Positions 59,973-64,000 of a DNA stretch of 64,000 bases are shown here, piece by piece. A program made the position numbers and the translations under genes. The notes beneath the pieces are model-generated. The model worked only from the letters and a program-made list of their open reading frames with translations, did no database searches and had not been told where the DNA came from. Origin of the DNA: Candidatus Aminicenantes bacterium (GTDB lineage Bacteria; Acidobacteriota; Aminicenantia; Aminicenantales; JAFGBC01). The stretch lies in assembly GCA_963702005.1 (NCBI GenBank), contig OY969696.1, forward strand, positions 1,344,001-1,408,000, in the 5' to 3' direction. Position 1 is the first letter of the stretch. Every line of letters begins with the position of its first letter.

Positions 59973-61939
59973 CCGCCCCGAAGAAAGAAAAGCGGATCGG
60001 GTTGTTCATCTGCCACTGCGGGGTCAACATCGCCGGCGTGGTCGACGTCGAAAAGGTGGCCCAGATCATGAAGGACTATCCGGGCGTGACCTTCTCGACG
60101 AACTACGTCTACATGTGCTCCGACCCCGGTCAGCAGATGATCATCGATACGATCAAGGAAAAACACCTGGACGGAATCATCGTCGCCGCCTGCTCGCCGA
60201 CCCTCCACGAGAAGACCTTCCAGGAGGCGGCCCGCCTGGCCGGCCTGAATCCCTACCAGATCGAGATCGCCAACATCCGCGAGCAGGACAGCTGGGTCCA
60301 CACGGACAAGGCCAAGGCCACCAAGAAGGCTATCAAGATCGTCAAGTCCCACGTGGCCAAGGCCCTGCAGAACGAGAGCCTGGAGCCGGTCAAGGTCGCC
60401 GTCAACAGACGGGCCCTGATCATCGGCGGCGGCGTCAGCGGTCTTCAGGCGGCCCTGGACATCGCCGACCACGGCTACGAGGTCATCCTCGTCGAGAAGA
60501 ATCCCTCGATCGGCGGCAAGATGATCCAGCTCTCGGAGACCTTCCCGACGCTCGACTGTTCACAGTGCATTCTGACGCCCAAGATGGTCGAGGTCTCGCG
60601 CCATCCCCGGATCAAACTCCTGACCTATCACGAGGTCGATTCCGTGTCGGGTTTCGTCGGCAACTTCAAGGTCAAAATCCGGAAGAAACCCCGCTACGTG
60701 GACGAAACCCAGTGCAACCTCTGCGGCGAGTGCGAGAAGGTCTGCCCCCAGGTCGTCTCCGACGAATTCAACATGGGGCTGGCCTTCCGCAAGGCCATCT
60801 ACATGCCCTTCCCCCAGGCCATCCCGGGGACCTACACGCTGGACGCCGAGAACTGCCTCGGCCTGTCCCCCGTGCGCTGCGGCAAGTGCAAGGACGTCTG
60901 CGAGAAGAAGGCCATCGACTACGACATGAAGGAAACCATCATCGAAGAGGAGGTCGGAGCGATCGTCGTCGCCACGGGCTACGACCTCTACACCATGCAG
61001 GCCATCGGGGAGTACGGCGGGGAGAAGTACGAGGACGTCATCAACGGCCTGGAGTTCGAACGCATCCTCTCCGCCTCGGGGCCGACCGGAGGGGTGATCC
61101 GGAGGCCGTCGGACGGCCAGGTCCCGAAATCGATCGTCTTCGTCCAGTGCACCGGCTCGCGCGACACGGAGAAGCACAATCCCTACTGCTCCAAGATCTG
61201 CTGCATGTACACGGCCAAGCACGCCATGATGTACCGCCACCGCGTCCCGGACGGCCAGGCCACGGTCTTCTACATCGACGTCCGGACGGGCGGGAAAGCT
61301 TTCGACGAGTTCTACCAGAGGACGGTCGAGGAAGACCGGGTCCTCTATATCCGCGGCAAGGTCTCTAAGATCTTCAAGGAAGGCGACAAGCTCATCGTCT
61401 GGGGCGTGGACACGCTGGCTGGCAAGAAGGTCGAAGTCGAGGCCGACATGGTCGTCCTGGCCATCGCCATGGTCAAGGCCGACGGCGTCATGGACCTGTT
61501 GAAGAAGCTCAAAATCGCCACCGACATCCATGGCTTCCTGGCCGAGGCCCATCCCAAGCTGCGGCCGGTCGAAAGCCTGAACGCCGGTTTCTACCTGGCG
61601 GGCTGCGCTCACGGTCCCAAGGACATCCCCGAGGCGGTGGCCCAAGCGTCGGCGGCCGCGGCCAAGGTCGGAGACCTGTTCGCCCAGAAGGAACTCCTCC
61701 ACGACCCGACGATCGTGTCGGTGAACGACGAGCTCTGCTCGGGGTGCGCGATCTGCATCACCATGTGCCCCTACTCCGCCCGGAGCATCGACCCGGAGCG
61801 CGGCGTCGCCGTCGTCAACGAAATCCTCTGTGAGGGCTGCGGGGCCTGCGCCGCCGCCTGTCCCAGCGGAGCGGCACAGCAGCGCAACCAGACCGACAGC
61901 CAAATCTATTCCATGCTCAGGGCCATGCTGGGGGAATGA
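59969..61939 (+). CDS. hdrA: Heterodisulfide reductase subunit A (bifurcating flavoprotein)
   Basis: CHCGVNIAG, AACSPTLHE, ANIREQ, TFPTLDCSQCILTPKM, LEFER, CSKICCMYTAK, GPKDIP; ferredoxin motifs. Confidence 0.95.
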   Translation: MTAPKKEKRIGLFICHCGVNIAGVVDVEKVAQIMKDYPGVTFSTNYVYMCSDPGQQMIIDTIKEKHLDGIIVAACSPTLHEKTFQEAARLAGLNPYQIEIANIREQDSWVHTDKAKATKKAIKIVKSHVAKALQNESLEPVKVAVNRRALIIGGGVSGLQAALDIADHGYEVILVEKNPSIGGKMIQLSETFPTLDCSQCILTPKMVEVSRHPRIKLLTYHEVDSVSGFVGNFKVKIRKKPRYVDETQCNLCGECEKVCPQVVSDEFNMGLAFRKAIYMPFPQAIPGTYTLDAENCLGLSPVRCGKCKDVCEKKAIDYDMKETIIEEEVGAIVVATGYDLYTMQAIGEYGGEKYEDVINGLEFERILSASGPTGGVIRRPSDGQVPKSIVFVQCTGSRDTEKHNPYCSKICCMYTAKHAMMYRHRVPDGQATVFYIDVRTGGKAFDEFYQRTVEEDRVLYIRGKVSKIFKEGDKLIVWGVDTLAGKKVEVEADMVVLAIAMVKADGVMDLLKKLKIATDIHGFLAEAHPKLRPVESLNAGFYLAGCAHGPKDIPEAVAQASAAAAKVGDLFAQKELLHDPTIVSVNDELCSGCAICITMCPYSARSIDPERGVAVVNEILCEGCGACAAACPSGAAQQRNQTDSQIYSMLRAMLGE

Positions 61940-62379
61940 CCATGTTTGAACCGCAAATCATGTGTTTTCTCTGCAAGTGGTGCACGAGCGCGGCCGCCGA
62001 CGCGGCCGGCACATCCCGCCTCCACTACGCGCCGAACGGCGTCAACCTGCGGGTCATGTGCTCCAGCCGTGTCGACCCCCAACACATCCTCTACGCCTTC
62101 CGGGAAGGAGCGGACGGGGTTTTCATCGGCGGCTGCCATCCCGGCGATTGCCATTACGTCGAAGGGAATTACAAGACCCTCCGCCGGGTGACTCTTTTAA
62201 AGATCATGCTTCAGGACCTGGGCATCGACCCGAAGCGCCTCCGCCTGGAATGGATATCGGCCGCGGAAGGAAAAAAGTACGCGGAAACCATGGATGAGTT
62301 CACGAGTCAGATCCAGGCCCTGGGGCCGCTCCAACTCAACGAAAAAGCCTTAGCCAGGGAGGTGGTCAAAGATGAGTAA
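61936..62379 (+). CDS. mvhD: MvhD 2Fe-2S adaptor
   Basis: FLCKWC, VMCSSRVDP, GADGVFIGGCHPGDCHY, WISAAEG. Confidence 0.93.
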   Translation: MTMFEPQIMCFLCKWCTSAAADAAGTSRLHYAPNGVNLRVMCSSRVDPQHILYAFREGADGVFIGGCHPGDCHYVEGNYKTLRRVTLLKIMLQDLGIDPKRLRLEWISAAEGKKYAETMDEFTSQIQALGPLQLNEKALAREVVKDE

Positions 62380-63151
62380 GACAGTCGTCAAATCAAAGAA
62401 ATCCGTGTCCAAGGCCAATGCCGCCGAGGAACGCCTCGTCCCCATCTTCGTTATGGGGAAGCGCTACGAGGTGCCAGGCTCGCTGACCATTCAAAAGGCC
62501 CTCGAGTACGCCGGATATCAGCTCGTCCGGGGCTGCGGCTGCCGGGGCGGGATTTGCGGCGCCTGCGGGACGGTCTTCCGCTACCCGGACTCCTACCGGA
62601 TCGAAGTCGGCCTGGCCTGCCAGACCGTGGTCCAGCCTGACATGTACATCGCCCAGATCCCCTTCTTCCCGGGGAACAAGGCCGTCTACGATATCGAAAC
62701 CCTCCCGGCCGTGGGCGCCACCATCGCCTCTCTCTATCCCGAGATTTTCAAGTGCGTCGGCTGCGGCACCTGTACCCGCAGCTGCCCCATGGATATCGAC
62801 GTCCTGAACTATATTTCCAAGGCCATTCAAGGGGACGTCACGGCCGTGGCCGAGGGCTCTTTCGACTGCGTCATGTGCGGGCTGTGCGCGGCCCGTTGCC
62901 CAGCCGAAGAGGTCCAGTACAACATCGCCATCCTGGCCCGCCGCCTCTATGCCCGCCACCTCGCGCCCAAGGCTCAGCACCTGGCCAAGGCGGTCGCGGC
63001 CGTCGAGGGCAAAAAGTTCCAAAAAGCGCTCCAGGAACTCAAGACAAAGAACCTGGATGAACTCAAGAAGCTTTACAAGAGCCTCGAGATCGAGCCCGAT
63101 ATGGCCGACGAGTTCTGGACACCCAAAGACGCCTCCTTCCTGGGAGAGTGA
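62372..63151 (+). CDS. SdhB/FrdB-like iron-sulfur protein
   Basis: GCRGGICGAC...LACQ 2Fe-2S; CVGCGTCTRSCP; CVMCGLCAARCP. Confidence 0.8.
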   Translation: MSKTVVKSKKSVSKANAAEERLVPIFVMGKRYEVPGSLTIQKALEYAGYQLVRGCGCRGGICGACGTVFRYPDSYRIEVGLACQTVVQPDMYIAQIPFFPGNKAVYDIETLPAVGATIASLYPEIFKCVGCGTCTRSCPMDIDVLNYISKAIQGDVTAVAEGSFDCVMCGLCAARCPAEEVQYNIAILARRLYARHLAPKAQHLAKAVAAVEGKKFQKALQELKTKNLDELKKLYKSLEIEPDMADEFWTPKDASFLGE

Positions 63152-63154
63152 ACC

Positions 63155-64000
63155 ATGCCTTACACGCCTGAATTAAATGAACTCATCAAGAAGGTCGAAA
63201 AGACACGGGCGGCCCGCGTCGAGAAAAAGCGGAACGGAGAAGAGTTCCCGGCCATGTCGCTCCAGGAGCGCGAATCGATCCTGAAGTACCATCCCGATTT
63301 CAAGGAGGAGGGCCGGACCGAGATCCTGGTCGGACCCAGCAAGGGTTACCGGATCGCCAAGGAGATGGTCAACCTGCTTCACGCCAAGAGCCGCCTCGAC
63401 CCGGACGTCGTCGACCTCAGCCGAGTCGACTTCGAGACCGACATCCTCATCATCGGCGGCGGAGGTGCCGGCTCGGCGGCGGCCCTCCTAGCCCGCGAAA
63501 ACGGGGCCAAGGTCCTCATCGCCACGAAGCTCCGCATCGGCGACGCCAACACGATGATGGCCGAGGGCGGCATCCAGGCCGCGATCAAGAACGAGAAGGA
63601 CTCCCCGTATTTCCATTACCTGGATGTCGTGGGCGGAGGGCATTTCAAGAACGACCCCGAGCTCGTCGAAACGCTGGTCATCGAGGCGCCCAAAGTCATG
63701 GCCTGGCTGGAGAAGCTCGGGGCGATGTTCTCCAAGTACGAGGACGGGCGCCTCAAGGCTATGCACGGCGGCGGAACGTCAAGAAAGCGCATGCATTACG
63801 CCGGCGATATCACCGGCGCCGAGATCATGCGGACCCTCCGCGACGAAGTCAAGAACCACCCCGGCGAGATCAAGATCCTAGAGTTCTCCCCCGCCGTTGA
63901 GCTCATCCTGAACAAGCAGGGGGCCTGCGCCGGGGCGATCCTCTACAACCTCGAAACGGAGGAATATATCATCGTCCGGGCCAAGGCCGTCATCCTGGCG
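63155..64000 (+). CDS. SdhA/FrdA/NadB-family flavoprotein (partial, runs off the window)
   Basis: Not in the ORF track because there is no stop. MPYTPELNE...; IIGGGGAG; DANTMMAEGGIQAA; HGGGTSRKR; AKAVILA. Confidence 0.85.
   Translation, partial: MPYTPELNELIKKVEKTRAARVEKKRNGEEFPAMSLQERESILKYHPDFKEEGRTEILVGPSKGYRIAKEMVNLLHAKSRLDPDVVDLSRVDFETDILIIGGGGAGSAAALLARENGAKVLIATKLRIGDANTMMAEGGIQAAIKNEKDSPYFHYLDVVGGGHFKNDPELVETLVIEAPKVMAWLEKLGAMFSKYEDGRLKAMHGGGTSRKRMHYAGDITGAEIMRTLRDEVKNHPGEIKILEFSPAVELILNKQGACAGAILYNLETEEYIIVRAKAVILA

Noticed and set aside
52375-62379. Selenocysteine recoding in MvhA, HdrA or MvhD
   Set aside because: The ORFs are uninterrupted and the relevant motifs contain Cys (DPCFGC, GGCHPGDC)

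Overview
GC-rich bacterial chromosome segment from an anaerobe. The gene repertoire (zinc-ribbon and TPR Ser/Thr kinases, ankyrin-MBL fusion, sugar hydrolases with SSS transporters) suggests Acidobacteriota/Aminicenantes; this is inference. The left half (1-37 kb) holds secreted hydrolases, two carbohydrate-utilisation clusters, an M3 peptidase, kinases, pta and an IS481. The right half (37-64 kb) is an anaerobic energy island: enolase, an operon joining a HydABC/NuoEFG-like module to NfnAB, an rve-type IS, a two-component pair and sucCD. Divergent from sucCD runs mvhG-mvhA-ackA-(V4R-like)-(HEAT)-hdrC-hdrB-hdrA-mvhD-FrdB-like-FrdA-like, cut by the window end. The top candidate for a novel system is this soluble hydrogenase/heterodisulfide-reductase/fumarate-reductase-like operon paired with succinyl-CoA synthetase. 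Other points of interest: a modular nested-hairpin repeat family (3 copies), a REP-like palindrome family (4 sites), a paraoxonase-GH3 fusion, two frameshifted genes, a duplicated dcp 3' end flanking a 7 kb cassette, leaderless genes and a Cys-containing mini-ORF leader. No rRNA, tRNA or CRISPR array was seen. All calls come from reading motifs by eye; no database search was run.
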